Positions 6,302-14,667 of a DNA stretch of 39,854 nt are shown here, piece by piece. Made by a program: the position numbers and the translations under genes. This DNA is from Kayfunavirus LI10P1: sequence record OZ035803.1; one strand, 5' to 3'. The stretch's first letter is position 1. Each line of letters opens with the position of its first letter. The notes under the pieces are model-generated. The model saw nothing but the letters and a program-made list of their open reading frames with translations. It had not been told where the DNA came from and did not search any database.

Positions 6302-8983
6302 ATGAGCGTCATCTCTATTGACAAACACGACTTCTCTGATGTGTCGAACGCCATTGAGCCGTTTAACCTGCTGGCTGACCACTACGGGCAAGACCTTGCA
6401 GTCAAACAGCTTCAGCTTGAGCATGAGGCATATACAGAAGGCGAGCGACGTTTCATCAAGAACCTTGAGCGGCAGACTGAGCGCGGGGAACTGGCAGACA
6501 ATCAGGTCGCCAAGCCTTTGATGCAGACTCTGGTCCCTAAGATTGCGCAAGCCGTCAGGGAGTGGCACGAAGGCCTAGACGGGAAGCTGTCAACCTCGCG
6601 TCCTAGCGTAGCGTTCACCATGTTGAGCACTGAAGAGAAGGCCGTAAAGGACCGCTCTATGCGCATCTCCTGTGAGTCCGCTGCGGTTATCATACTGAAG
6701 GTCATACTCTCCAAGCTGGTCAAGCCTGAAGGGATACCGATTACACCGATGGCCTCCGCGATAGGTCGCACACTTGAGGACGAAATCCGCTTCGGTCGCA
6801 TCCGTGACAAAGAGAAGGAGCACTTCAAGAAGGCGATAGCTGAGAACCTGAACAAGCGAGCTGGGGCATCCTACAAGAAAGCCTACATGCAAGCGGTCGA
6901 GGCGTCCATGCTGGAGCAAGGCCAACTGGAAGATGCATGGGGGACTTGGAGTCCTACAGAGGCTGTCCACGTTGGCATCAAGATGCTCGAGATTGTCATC
7001 CAGTCAACACAACTGGTCGAGCTTAAGCGGTACGGTGCTGGTAATGCAGCGGCTGACGTAGAGATGGTCCACCTGTCAGACTTCTGGGTCAAGAAGATGG
7101 CACAACGAGGATTCAGCCTTGCGGGTATCGCTCCAGTCTACCAGCCTTGCGTCGTTCCACCTAAGCCGTGGACTGGTGTCGTAGGTGGTGGGTACTGGGC
7201 CAAAGGTCGCAGACCGTTACCATTGATTCGCTTAGGGTCTAAGTCTGCGGTAGCACGTTATGAAGACGTATACATGCCTGAAGTCTATGACGCTGTGAAC
7301 ATCATTCAGAATACACCTTGGAAAGTTAACAAGAAGGTATTGGACGTGGTGAACATGGTCGAGAAGCTGAACAACACGCCTATTAATGACATCCCTCAGA
7401 TGGAACCGCTGAAGCCTGAGGACTATGCTGGTGAAACCGAGGAGGAACTCAAGGCATGGAAGAAGGCTGCTGCTGGTATCTATCGCCGCGAGAAGGCCAG
7501 ACAGTCACGCAGATTGTCCATGAGTTTCATCGTATCACAGGCCAACAAGTTCTCACAGTTTAAGGCCATCTGGTTCCCGTACAACATGGATTGGCGAGGT
7601 CGTGTCTACGCTGTCCCGATGTTCAACCCTCAGGGTAACGACATGCAGAAGGGTCTACTGACTCTGGCGGTCGGAAAGCCTATCGGGGCGGATGGTTTCA
7701 AATGGCTTAAAGTCCACACCGCCAACTGCGCGGGTGTCGATAAGGTAACCTTTGAGGAGCGTATCAAATGGGTGGAAGACAATCACGAGAACATTCTGGC
7801 AGCAGCCAAATCACCGATGGACAGCATCGAGTGGTGGGGGAGTATGGACAGCCCCTTCTGCTTCCTAGCGGCTTGCTTCGAGTATTCTGGGGTGATGAAC
7901 CATGGCTTGACCTACAATTGCTCACTTCCGATTGCCTTCGACGGCTCGTGTTCGGGGATTCAGCACTTCAGCGCGATGCTGAGGGACCACGTAGGCGGAC
8001 ATGCAGTGAACTTAACGCCGTCTGGTCAGGTGCAGGACATCTACCGTATAGTCTCAGACCGTGTGTCAGACCAGTTGAAAGAGCTATTACTGAGCGGTAC
8101 GGACGACGAGCTGGTGACCGTAGAGGACAAGAAGACTGGGGAAATCAGCGAACGCCTGAAGCTTGGGACCAAGAGTCTTGCGCGTCAGTGGCTGACATAC
8201 GGTATGTCACGCAAGGTCACTAAGCGTTCAGTCATGACTCTGGCATACGGGTCGAAAGAGTACGGATTCGCAGACCAAGTTTACGAGGACATCGTGATGC
8301 CAGCGATTGACTCAGGGTCTGGCGCTATGTTCACTGAACCAAGCCAAGCGTCTCGCTTCATGGCAAAGATGATTTGGGAAGCTGTGAGTGTGACAGTAGT
8401 TGCTGCGGTTGACGCGATGAAGTGGCTTCAAGGTGCTGCCAAGCTGCTGGCTGCTGAGGTGAAGGACAAGAAGACTGGAGAAATACTGAAGCCTTGCCTT
8501 CCGGTACACTGGGTCACACCTGATGGGTTCCCGGTCTGGCAGGAATACCGCAAGAAGGATACCACTCGTCTGAACCTGATGTTCTTAGGGTCCTTCAACC
8601 TTCAACCTACGGTCAACAAAGGTACGAAGAAAGAGCTGGACAAGCACAAGCAGGAGTCAGGCATTAGCCCTAACTTCGTCCACTCACAAGATGGTAGCCA
8701 CCTGCGGAAGACTGTAGTCCACACTCACCGCAAGTATGGCGTGATGTCATTCGCAGTGATTCACGATAGCTTCGGGACCATCCCTGCTGACGCTGAGTAT
8801 CTGTTCCGTGGTGTCCGTGAGACGATGGTCGAGACATACCGCGATAACGATGTGCTGCTTGACTTCTACGAGCAGTTTGAATACCAGCTTCATGAAAGCC
8901 AGCGCGACAAGTTGCCTGAGCTTCCGAAGAAAGGTAAACTGAATATCGAAGACATCTTGTCTTCAGACTTTGCATTCGCTTAA
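6302..8983 (+). CDS. 1: T7-type single-subunit DNA-dependent RNA polymerase
   Basis: 893-aa ORF collinear with T7 RNAP over its whole length (FNLLADHYG, RFGRIRDKEKEHFKK, PVYQPCVVPPKPWTG, WFPYNMDWRGRVYAV, LPIAFDGSCSGIQHFSAMLRD, TLAYGSKEYGF, HSQDGSHLRK, IHDSFGT, C-terminal FAFA). Confidence 0.97.
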   Translation: MSVISIDKHDFSDVSNAIEPFNLLADHYGQDLAVKQLQLEHEAYTEGERRFIKNLERQTERGELADNQVAKPLMQTLVPKIAQAVREWHEGLDGKLSTSRPSVAFTMLSTEEKAVKDRSMRISCESAAVIILKVILSKLVKPEGIPITPMASAIGRTLEDEIRFGRIRDKEKEHFKKAIAENLNKRAGASYKKAYMQAVEASMLEQGQLEDAWGTWSPTEAVHVGIKMLEIVIQSTQLVELKRYGAGNAAADVEMVHLSDFWVKKMAQRGFSLAGIAPVYQPCVVPPKPWTGVVGGGYWAKGRRPLPLIRLGSKSAVARYEDVYMPEVYDAVNIIQNTPWKVNKKVLDVVNMVEKLNNTPINDIPQMEPLKPEDYAGETEEELKAWKKAAAGIYRREKARQSRRLSMSFIVSQANKFSQFKAIWFPYNMDWRGRVYAVPMFNPQGNDMQKGLLTLAVGKPIGADGFKWLKVHTANCAGVDKVTFEERIKWVEDNHENILAAAKSPMDSIEWWGSMDSPFCFLAACFEYSGVMNHGLTYNCSLPIAFDGSCSGIQHFSAMLRDHVGGHAVNLTPSGQVQDIYRIVSDRVSDQLKELLLSGTDDELVTVEDKKTGEISERLKLGTKSLARQWLTYGMSRKVTKRSVMTLAYGSKEYGFADQVYEDIVMPAIDSGSGAMFTEPSQASRFMAKMIWEAVSVTVVAAVDAMKWLQGAAKLLAAEVKDKKTGEILKPCLPVHWVTPDGFPVWQEYRKKDTTRLNLMFLGSFNLQPTVNKGTKKELDKHKQESGISPNFVHSQDGSHLRKTVVHTHRKYGVMSFAVIHDSFGTIPADAEYLFRGVRETMVETYRDNDVLLDFYEQFEYQLHESQRDKLPELPKKGKLNIEDILSSDFAFA

Positions 8984-8998
8984 CAGGAGGAGAAGTAT

Positions 8999-9229
8999 AT
9001 GTCAATGAAACTTGTAGCACACAACAGGACATACAACGATGGGTCGGGACGTTGCCATGTAGAGCTGACTTATAGGGATTTAGTCATTCTCCGAGACAGA
9101 TTACAAGCGGGTGTGACTGGGTGGATTCAACCTAACGAGTACAACCTTATAGCTTCGATTGATGAAGTGCTTAACGCGTGGATGGAAGACGAGCGCACTC
9201 AGTATCCGTCATTCCCTATAATTAGATAA
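8999..9229 (+). CDS. Hypothetical protein (76 aa) between RNAP and gene 1.1
   Basis: RBS AGGAGGAG upstream of ATG 8999; no homolog recognised; T7 has no gene here (T3-like phages carry a 1.05 gene at this position). Confidence 0.5.
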   Translation: MSMKLVAHNRTYNDGSGRCHVELTYRDLVILRDRLQAGVTGWIQPNEYNLIASIDEVLNAWMEDERTQYPSFPIIR

Positions 9230-9239
9230 GGAGAGAGTT

Positions 9240-9455
9240 ATGAAATTTGCACACAAGCATGCTGGAGTTAAGGGCGGGACTCAAATCGTGACCGTAACAG
9301 AACACAACGGCAATGGTCTGGTGAAGACCACGGTCATTCCTACCGAAATGTCAAAGCAGCTTAACGTCCCATTCAAGACCCTCGTCTATCTTGTGGAATC
9401 CAGCCACGAGAAATACCTGAAAGACGCAGTGACCAAGCTGGAGCAGACCAAATGA
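9240..9455 (+). CDS. Hypothetical protein (71 aa)
   Basis: RBS AAGGAGAG upstream of ATG 9240; no recognisable motif. Confidence 0.5.
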   Translation: MKFAHKHAGVKGGTQIVTVTEHNGNGLVKTTVIPTEMSKQLNVPFKTLVYLVESSHEKYLKDAVTKLEQTK

Positions 9456-9529
9456 CAGACCTACAGTTACTGGCCTTGTGGCTGGGAGCACTCGCAGTAT
9501 TCACTTTAATCCAAAGCAGAAGAGGTTAA

Positions 9530-9552
9530 CCTAAACTATCACTATAGGATTA
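9530..9552 (+). promoter_or_regulatory. Phage RNAP promoter (phi1.1-like)
   Basis: cCTAAACTATCACTATA-GGATTA; consensus match; +1 G at 9547. Confidence 0.75.
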
Positions 9553-9597
9553 GACTCAAGGTCATGACTCAAAGTCGTGGCCTTCATGATTAACCCT
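9551..9597 (+). promoter_or_regulatory. Conserved RNA hairpin (RNase III-like, R1.1-like)
   Basis: AAGGTCA (9558-9564) pairs with TGGCCTT (9578-9584) with a 13-nt loop; downstream CATGATTAA resembles the T7 R1.1 motif. Confidence 0.4.
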
Positions 9598-9622
9598 AAC
9601 TCATTCAATCAGGAGCTACACC

Positions 9623-9802
9623 ATGTATCAGAACACTATCAACTTCGAGCGAATCCGTGAACGTCAGCAGACTGAAGATTATATTCCGAAGGGACGCAAG
9701 CTGAACAAGACCAAGCGTGGTGGAGGTGTCAAGGGTGCTTTCCGTAACGCTGAAGGCAAAGACTCTATGGTCAACCAAGAGAAATACTTCGTAGGAGCAT
9801 AA
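9623..9802 (+). CDS. 1.1: gp1.1-like small basic protein
   Basis: 59-aa ORF, RBS AGGAG 7 nt upstream; KGRKLNKTKRGGG matches the T7 gp1.1 motif ..KGRKLNKTKR.. as recalled. Confidence 0.6.
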   Translation: MYQNTINFERIRERQQTEDYIPKGRKLNKTKRGGGVKGAFRNAEGKDSMVNQEKYFVGA

Positions 9803-9805
9803 GTC

Positions 9806-10066
9806 ATGAACCATTACGAGCTTAAAGATTTCGCAAAGAGTCTTGGACTTGTGGTTGAGCACGACTGGTATGAGGACCTCCAGCGTAGACTTAAGGTAGA
9901 GCGAGTGTCCTTCAGGACAGACTACAGGTACTCACCAAAGAACGGCTACGAGCGAGGGGACCTGATAGCGAGACTTGAGTTTAATGACTCAATGGGTCCA
10001 ACAGAATACGCCGATGCCATCGGTCCGGCTTACAACGCACTTAAACAATTTGAACTGTGGAGATAA
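9806..10066 (+). CDS. 1.2: gp1.2-like protein (in T7 an inhibitor of host dGTPase)
   Basis: 86-aa ORF; position and size match T7 gp1.2 (85 aa); shares a DWY-containing N-terminal region; function by analogy only. Confidence 0.55.
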   Translation: MNHYELKDFAKSLGLVVEHDWYEDLQRRLKVERVSFRTDYRYSPKNGYERGDLIARLEFNDSMGPTEYADAIGPAYNALKQFELWR

Positions 10067-10070
10067 CACA

Positions 10071-11132
10071 ATGACAACTATCAAAACCAACCCGCATCGC
10101 GCTGTAGATTACTCTGAGTCAGGCGTTAAGAAAGCGCTTGAAGCTGCTGGGTCGCTGGAAGCCGAAGTGAAGTATGACGGTGTGCGGTTGAATATTCCGG
10201 TCTTCCCTGATGGGCGAACTGAATGGTTAAGCCGTGAGTCAAAGACGCTTCCGGCCTTAGACCATTTGTCAACAGTTGGTCAGGACATCGGAGCATGCCG
10301 TGCGTCCGACTGGCGATGGTTCCTGAAGCAAGCAGGACATGAAGTCTCTGGTCTGATGATTGACGGAGAGGTGATGGTCAAGGGTGTAGACTTCAACACA
10401 TCCTCAGGTCTTATCCGCACCATGTGGTCTGACCGCAAGAACTACAAGTGGAACATTAACCCTAAGGCCGATATGGAGACCAAGAAGTCTAACAAGGTCC
10501 CATTCCAGATTAGCCCTGAGTTCCTACAAGTGGTCGTCTACGGGGTCATCGACCTTAACATCATCAACGACCCGAAAGCCGAAGGTCCTATCCATAGCGT
10601 CACACGCCTGAAGGCCGAAGCTATCGTCCCTCTCCTCCAGAAATACTTCCCGGAAATAGACTGGGTTCTGTCTGAGTCACACACGGTCTATGACCTTGAG
10701 TCGCTCAACTCCCTGTACGAACAGAAGCGTCTGGAAGGACACGAGGGTCTGGTAGTCAAGGACCCACTGGGAAAATACAAGCGTGGCAAGAAGTCAGGCA
10801 TGTGGAAGATGAAGCCTGAGGAGACAATTGACGGGACCGTGTGTGGCCTCGTGTGGGGGACTCCGGGAAAGGCTAACGAAGGTAAGGTCATCGGCTTCGA
10901 GGTTCTACTTGAGGATGGCATGGTGGTTAATGCTTGTGGTCTGACTGAAGAGCAGAAGGATGAGTTTACGGAAGCCTGTAACACTGATACATATATTCTC
11001 GGTGGAATCAATCCATACGAAGGATGGCAGTGTGAAGTACTCTTCATGGAGCGGTTCCAAGATGGTTCCCTTCGTCACCCTAGCTTCAAGTGCTGGCGCG
11101 GAACGGAAGACAACCCAACTGTTAAGAGCTAA
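10071..11132 (+). CDS. 1.3: ATP-dependent DNA ligase (T7 gp1.3-like)
   Basis: 353 aa from ATG 10071 (the track ORF starts upstream at 9975 inside gene 1.2); MTTIKTNP.., adenylation motif KYDGVR, EGHEGLVVKDP, LRHPSF.. collinear with T7 ligase. Confidence 0.93.
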   Translation: MTTIKTNPHRAVDYSESGVKKALEAAGSLEAEVKYDGVRLNIPVFPDGRTEWLSRESKTLPALDHLSTVGQDIGACRASDWRWFLKQAGHEVSGLMIDGEVMVKGVDFNTSSGLIRTMWSDRKNYKWNINPKADMETKKSNKVPFQISPEFLQVVVYGVIDLNIINDPKAEGPIHSVTRLKAEAIVPLLQKYFPEIDWVLSESHTVYDLESLNSLYEQKRLEGHEGLVVKDPLGKYKRGKKSGMWKMKPEETIDGTVCGLVWGTPGKANEGKVIGFEVLLEDGMVVNACGLTEEQKDEFTEACNTDTYILGGINPYEGWQCEVLFMERFQDGSLRHPSFKCWRGTEDNPTVKS

Positions 11133-11143
11133 CTAAATGTCAA

Positions 11144-11180
11144 CCCAGCAGTCCGAAGACCGCTGGGTTTCTTTGCTTTG
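11144..11180 (+). terminator. Intrinsic terminator after the ligase gene (T7 TE-like early terminator)
   Basis: cccagcaGTCcgaaGACcgctggg forms a GC-rich stem with a CGAA tetraloop, followed by tttctttgctttg (U-rich). Confidence 0.5.
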
Positions 11181-11215
11181 TGCTAGCAAGCTATCGTCTG
11201 GGCCACCAGCCTGAC

Positions 11216-11238
11216 CCTAAGCTATCACTATAGGACAA
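11216..11238 (+). promoter_or_regulatory. Phage RNAP promoter (variant, -12 G)
   Basis: cCTAAGCTATCACTATA-GGACAA; one mismatch; +1 G at 11233. Confidence 0.65.
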
Positions 11239-11266
11239 CCATAACTTCGACCTAAGGAGGACGACC

Positions 11267-11521
11267 ATGTTTAAGAACTTAATGTTCAATCGTTATACAA
11301 GTACATTCCACCTGTCTCACAACCCGTTCGCTTGCATTAAGCGCAACGAGAAGCTTGGATACTTCGGGAAGGCCGTTAAGTTATCACCTACAGTCTTCGC
11401 TCTCGTTACTCCGGGTAAAGCTGAAGAGGCTCGCCAGAAGAAAGAGACCAACGTACCTGTGGTCTACACTAAATGGCCTCGCGTTCGTCTGTTCGTTGAG
11501 TTCGTGAAGGAGGTGTTCTGA
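11267..11521 (+). CDS. Hypothetical protein (84 aa), at the position of T7 genes 1.4-1.6
   Basis: RBS AAGGAGG upstream; stop overlaps the ATG of gene 1.7 (TGATG). Confidence 0.55.
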   Translation: MFKNLMFNRYTSTFHLSHNPFACIKRNEKLGYFGKAVKLSPTVFALVTPGKAEEARQKKETNVPVVYTKWPRVRLFVEFVKEVF

Positions 11522-12063
11522 TGGGATGTATAGCTTGCTTAGAGAAGGATGACCGTTATCCACACACCTGTAATAAAGGAGCTAACAACATGACTGAACG
11601 CGAGCAAGAAATGATCGTGAAGCTGGTAGACAACAACGAAGGTCGCCCAGATTATTTGGATGGCTGCGGGATCCTTTGCTCTAATGTCCCTTGCCACCTC
11701 TGCCCCGCAAACAACAATCCCAAAATAACCTTAGGTGAAATCCGAGCGATGGACCATCGTAAGTCTAATCTGGATAAACAAGAGGTAACTCCTACAGATT
11801 ACCAACCTTCCACTGAGTCAATCGACGCTGTCCGCAAGCCGTCCCACTATCAGGTCTTTGATGGTGTGGAATCCATTGAGATTATCGCCCGGTCCATGAC
11901 TGTCAGCGAGTTCCGTGGTTTCTGCATGGGTAACGTCCTGAAGTATCGACTCCGAGCTGGTAAGAAGTCCGAGCTGGCTACTATGGAGAAGGACCTAAAC
12001 AAAGCGGCCTTCTATCAGGAGCTGTTCGACCTGCATAAAGGTAAGTGCTATGCTGCCGAGTGA
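11521..12063 (+). CDS. 1.7: gp1.7-like nucleotide kinase
   Basis: 180 aa; GCIACLEKDDRYPHTCNKGAN, MTEREQEMI, GCGILCSNVPCHLCPANN, KITLGEIRAMD, ARSMTV, LKYRLRAGKKSELA nearly collinear with T7 gp1.7 as recalled. Confidence 0.85.
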   Translation: MGCIACLEKDDRYPHTCNKGANNMTEREQEMIVKLVDNNEGRPDYLDGCGILCSNVPCHLCPANNNPKITLGEIRAMDHRKSNLDKQEVTPTDYQPSTESIDAVRKPSHYQVFDGVESIEIIARSMTVSEFRGFCMGNVLKYRLRAGKKSELATMEKDLNKAAFYQELFDLHKGKCYAAE

Positions 12064-12145
12064 GTGGTGCCGGGAGATGTATGAGAAGACTCTCAACCCG
12101 GACTACATTACGCTATACAACCAATGGAAGGAGCGAGGTTTATGA
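12050..12145 (+). CDS. Small ORF (31 aa) at the position of T7 gene 1.8; weak
   Basis: [31 protein letters not shown]; overlaps the end of 1.7 and its stop overlaps the ATG of gene 2 (ATGA); below the track cut-off. Confidence 0.35.
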   Translation: MLPSEWCREMYEKTLNPDYITLYNQWKERGL

Positions 12146-12300
12146 CTGAGGTTGAGAAGAAATACATCGTGGAGCTTGAGGGTCGCGTCCAGTCCTTCGA
12201 GGTTCCTGTGTACGCAAAGTCTCTTGAAGAGGCTACCATGAAGTCCCAAGAGTATGAGGACGCTGGGTTTGTGGTCGGACGGATTCGTCCTGAGACCTAA
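12142..12300 (+). CDS. 2: gp2-like inhibitor of host RNA polymerase
   Basis: 52-aa ORF, RBS GGAGCGAGG; ..[24 protein letters not shown] parallels T7 gp2 (..SFEVPIYAETLDEA..AGFEVTRVRP); below the track cut-off. Confidence 0.7.
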   Translation: MTEVEKKYIVELEGRVQSFEVPVYAKSLEEATMKSQEYEDAGFVVGRIRPET

Positions 12301-12318
12301 ACTATCACTGTAGGACAG
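12296..12318 (+). promoter_or_regulatory. Phage RNAP promoter (phi2.5-like; variant -3 G)
   Basis: cCTAAACTATCACTGTA-GGACAG; +1 G at 12313. Confidence 0.6.
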
Positions 12319-12358
12319 ACGTCAAGTTCGTAACTTTTAAATTAGGAGATTTACACCA

Positions 12359-13057
12359 ATGGCTAAAGAGCAACTGAAGACTTTCACCACTCCGGTAGCT
12401 GGTATCGTTGAGCCTTACGCATGGCTGAACAGAGCAGACACCAAGTTTAACGAGCGTGGTGAGCATAAGGTTAACCTGACATTCAACCTGAGCGACCCGA
12501 AGGTCCGTAAGATGATTGATGTCTTACAGAAGATTCACGACGATGCGTATGCGAAAGCACTTGCAGACCACGAGAAGAACCCACCTCAGGTTCAGCGTGG
12601 CAAGAAGCCTATTGAACCACGAGAAGGCGACATGCCGTGGATTGAGAATGGTGACGGTACTGTTACCCTGAAGTTAAAATGCTTTGCGTCTTACCTTAAA
12701 GATGGCAAGTCAGAGCCTATCGTATTACGGTTCTACGACACCGATGCTAAACGCATCCGTGACGTCCCGAATATTGGCGCTGGGTCTAAGCTGAAGGTCA
12801 AGTTTAAAGTCCTGCCGTTCAAGTGGAACGCTGCGACGGGTGCAAGCGTTAAGCTCCAGCTTGAGTCCTGCCTTCTGGTAGAACTGAAGGAGTGGAAAGG
12901 TGATGGTAATGGTGGCGATGGTGGCTGGGGCGATGATGAAGACCTCGGTACTGGCTACAAAGCGTCAACCGATGGTGACTTCGGGTCTGATGACTTCGGT
13001 GACGATGGTTCCGAAGGTGGGGATGACTCCAACTCTGGTGGCGATTACGACTTCTAA
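12359..13057 (+). CDS. 2.5: Single-stranded DNA-binding protein (T7 gp2.5-like)
   Basis: 232 aa; EPYAW, GKKPIEPREGDMPW, GSKLKVKFKVLPFKWNAATGASVKLQLES, and an acidic C-terminal tail ending ..DYDF as in T7 gp2.5. Confidence 0.92.
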   Translation: MAKEQLKTFTTPVAGIVEPYAWLNRADTKFNERGEHKVNLTFNLSDPKVRKMIDVLQKIHDDAYAKALADHEKNPPQVQRGKKPIEPREGDMPWIENGDGTVTLKLKCFASYLKDGKSEPIVLRFYDTDAKRIRDVPNIGAGSKLKVKFKVLPFKWNAATGASVKLQLESCLLVELKEWKGDGNGGDGGWGDDEDLGTGYKASTDGDFGSDDFGDDGSEGGDDSNSGGDYDF

Positions 13058-13509
13058 TGGCCCAATGGTCTGCAAAACGGGGGCACTCTGTGGGTGCCTA
13101 CCGCTCTGGACTTGAAGCCAAGAACCAGCAGTGGCTGGAACAGAACGGCGTCAAAGCGGAGTACGAAAGCCATTATATCAACTATGTGATTCCGGCTTCC
13201 GACCACAAGTACACACCAGACTTTATCCTTCCCAACGGTATCATCGTTGAGACCAAAGGTATCTTCGATAGTGATGACCGTAAGAAGCACCTTCTGGTAC
13301 GAGAACAGCACCCAGAGTTAGACATTCGGTTCGTGTTCTCAAGTTCCCGCTCCAAGTTATACAAAGGGTCTCCGACCACGTATGGCGCATGGTGCGAAAA
13401 GAACGGCTATAAGTATGCCGATAAGTTCATCCCGGTTGAGTGGCTCAGAGAGGCGACTGTACGTCTGCCTTCCGGTATCCTCATCCCCAAGAAGAAAGGA
13501 GTTAAGTGA
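13057..13509 (+). CDS. 3: Endonuclease I (Holliday-junction resolvase, T7 gp3-like)
   Basis: 150 aa; GAYRSGLE, YVIPASDHKYTPDFILPNGIIVETKG, SDDRKKHLLVREQHPELDIRFVFSSSRSKLYKGSPTTYG collinear with T7 endonuclease I. Confidence 0.93.
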   Translation: MAQWSAKRGHSVGAYRSGLEAKNQQWLEQNGVKAEYESHYINYVIPASDHKYTPDFILPNGIIVETKGIFDSDDRKKHLLVREQHPELDIRFVFSSSRSKLYKGSPTTYGAWCEKNGYKYADKFIPVEWLREATVRLPSGILIPKKKGVK

Positions 13510-13979
13510 TGACTCAGAAATATAGACTTAAGGTTAGTTGCTGCGGGTGGCCTAAAGGTACTATCGTTACGAAATGTGCGAAAGACCCGTGTACAGCATC
13601 TGGAATTGTTCTGGTGGAATCCACTGAGCGTGGCCACTTCAAGCACGGAGCAGCAGGTTATAACACTCAGCCTGACGGTATGTGGGGGGCGTGGGTTGCA
13701 AAAGCACATCTTGAGGAAATCGTAGAGGATAAACCTCAAGTCATGCCAGCTTCGAGCGTACCGCCTGTGACTGTGAAGCGTGAAGTCCTGACCATCAACA
13801 AGATTGGTGTAGGGCAGACGTTCATCGTCCACGGTAAGCCTGACGAAGTGTACGTGAAGATTAGCAACTCTCACGTCTTCAACCATAAGTTGCTCCAGAT
13901 GCACACGACTGACGCACATCGCTTCCAGTCACATCTGAATCTAGTGGTCGTAGAATTGGTGGTGTACAATGGTAAGTAA
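13509..13979 (+). CDS. Hypothetical protein (156 aa) inserted between endonuclease I and the amidase
   Basis: ATG overlaps the gene 3 stop (TGATG) with GGAG 8 nt upstream; 3' end overlaps the start of gene 3.5 by 11 nt; N-terminal Cys-rich segment (SCCGWPKG..KC..PC); no homolog recognised; T7 has no gene here. Confidence 0.6.
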   Translation: MTQKYRLKVSCCGWPKGTIVTKCAKDPCTASGIVLVESTERGHFKHGAAGYNTQPDGMWGAWVAKAHLEEIVEDKPQVMPASSVPPVTVKREVLTINKIGVGQTFIVHGKPDEVYVKISNSHVFNHKLLQMHTTDAHRFQSHLNLVVVELVVYNGK

Positions 13980-14427
13980 GGTACAGTTCAACCCACGGTC
14001 CCGGACTGACGCTATCTTCGTTCACTGTTCGGCTACCAAGCCAGATATGGACATCGGGGTAGAGACCATCCGTATGTGGCACAAGCAGCAAGGATGGCTG
14101 GACGTAGGCTACCACTTTATCATCAAACGTGATGGCACTGTGGAAGAGGGTCGCCCGGTCAATGTCGTAGGGTCACACGTTAAGGACTGGAACTCCAAGT
14201 CAGTAGGCGTCTGCCTTGTAGGTGGAATTGACGCTAAGGGCAAGTTTGAAGCTAACTTCACTCCGGCCCAGATGAACTCACTGCGCAACAAGCTGGCTGA
14301 CCTGAAGGCCCTGTATCCTCAGGCAGAAATAAAAGCACACCATGATGTAGCACCTAAGGCGTGTCCAAGTTTCGACTTGCAGCGCTGGCTATCTACCAAT
14401 GAACTGGTAACTTCAGACCGTGGTTAA
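13969..14427 (+). CDS. 3.5: N-acetylmuramoyl-L-alanine amidase / T7 lysozyme (gp3.5-like; in T7 also an RNAP inhibitor)
   Basis: 152 aa; DAIFVHCSATKP, WLDVGYHFIIKRDGTVEEGR, VGVCLVGGID, KGKFEANFTPAQM, HHDVAPKACPSFDL, ELVTSDRG collinear with T7 gp3.5. Confidence 0.94.
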   Translation: MVSKVQFNPRSRTDAIFVHCSATKPDMDIGVETIRMWHKQQGWLDVGYHFIIKRDGTVEEGRPVNVVGSHVKDWNSKSVGVCLVGGIDAKGKFEANFTPAQMNSLRNKLADLKALYPQAEIKAHHDVAPKACPSFDLQRWLSTNELVTSDRG

Positions 14428-14451
14428 TAAACTCTAAAGGAGAACAACTCA

Positions 14452-14667
14452 ATGATTAAACTTATCGAATTTCTTGGTCGTCTGGTGGTGCGTGGTTATC
14501 GTCGTGCTGCGGTTATGGAACGAAAGGTAGAAAAGAAGACTGCTGACAGTGCGGCTGATGCAGCTGCTCTGGCTGACAAGCTGACCATCGCGTCACTGGA
14601 AGCTGGCATGAAGGCACGTCAAGCTGACACCAAAGCTGACCAGTTGGCTCAGTTCTTCAAAGCCTAA
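14452..14667 (+). CDS. Hypothetical small protein (71 aa)
   Basis: RBS AAGGAGAA upstream; Ala/Lys-rich, probably helical; occupies the position of T7 gene 3.8 but lacks HNH motifs. Confidence 0.55.
   Translation: MIKLIEFLGRLVVRGYRRAAVMERKVEKKTADSAADAAALADKLTIASLEAGMKARQADTKADQLAQFFKA

Noticed and set aside
7768-8223. Internal + strand ORFs in alternative frames of large genes (7768..8223 in RNAP, 17461..17655 and 18016..18234 in DNA polymerase, 27881..28105 in gp12, 30227..30538 in gp14, 32984..33238 and 35021..35221 in gp16, 37215..37448 in the tail fibre)
   Set aside because: Fully embedded in strongly conserved genes, with no RBS and unusual amino-acid composition; most likely chance open frames.
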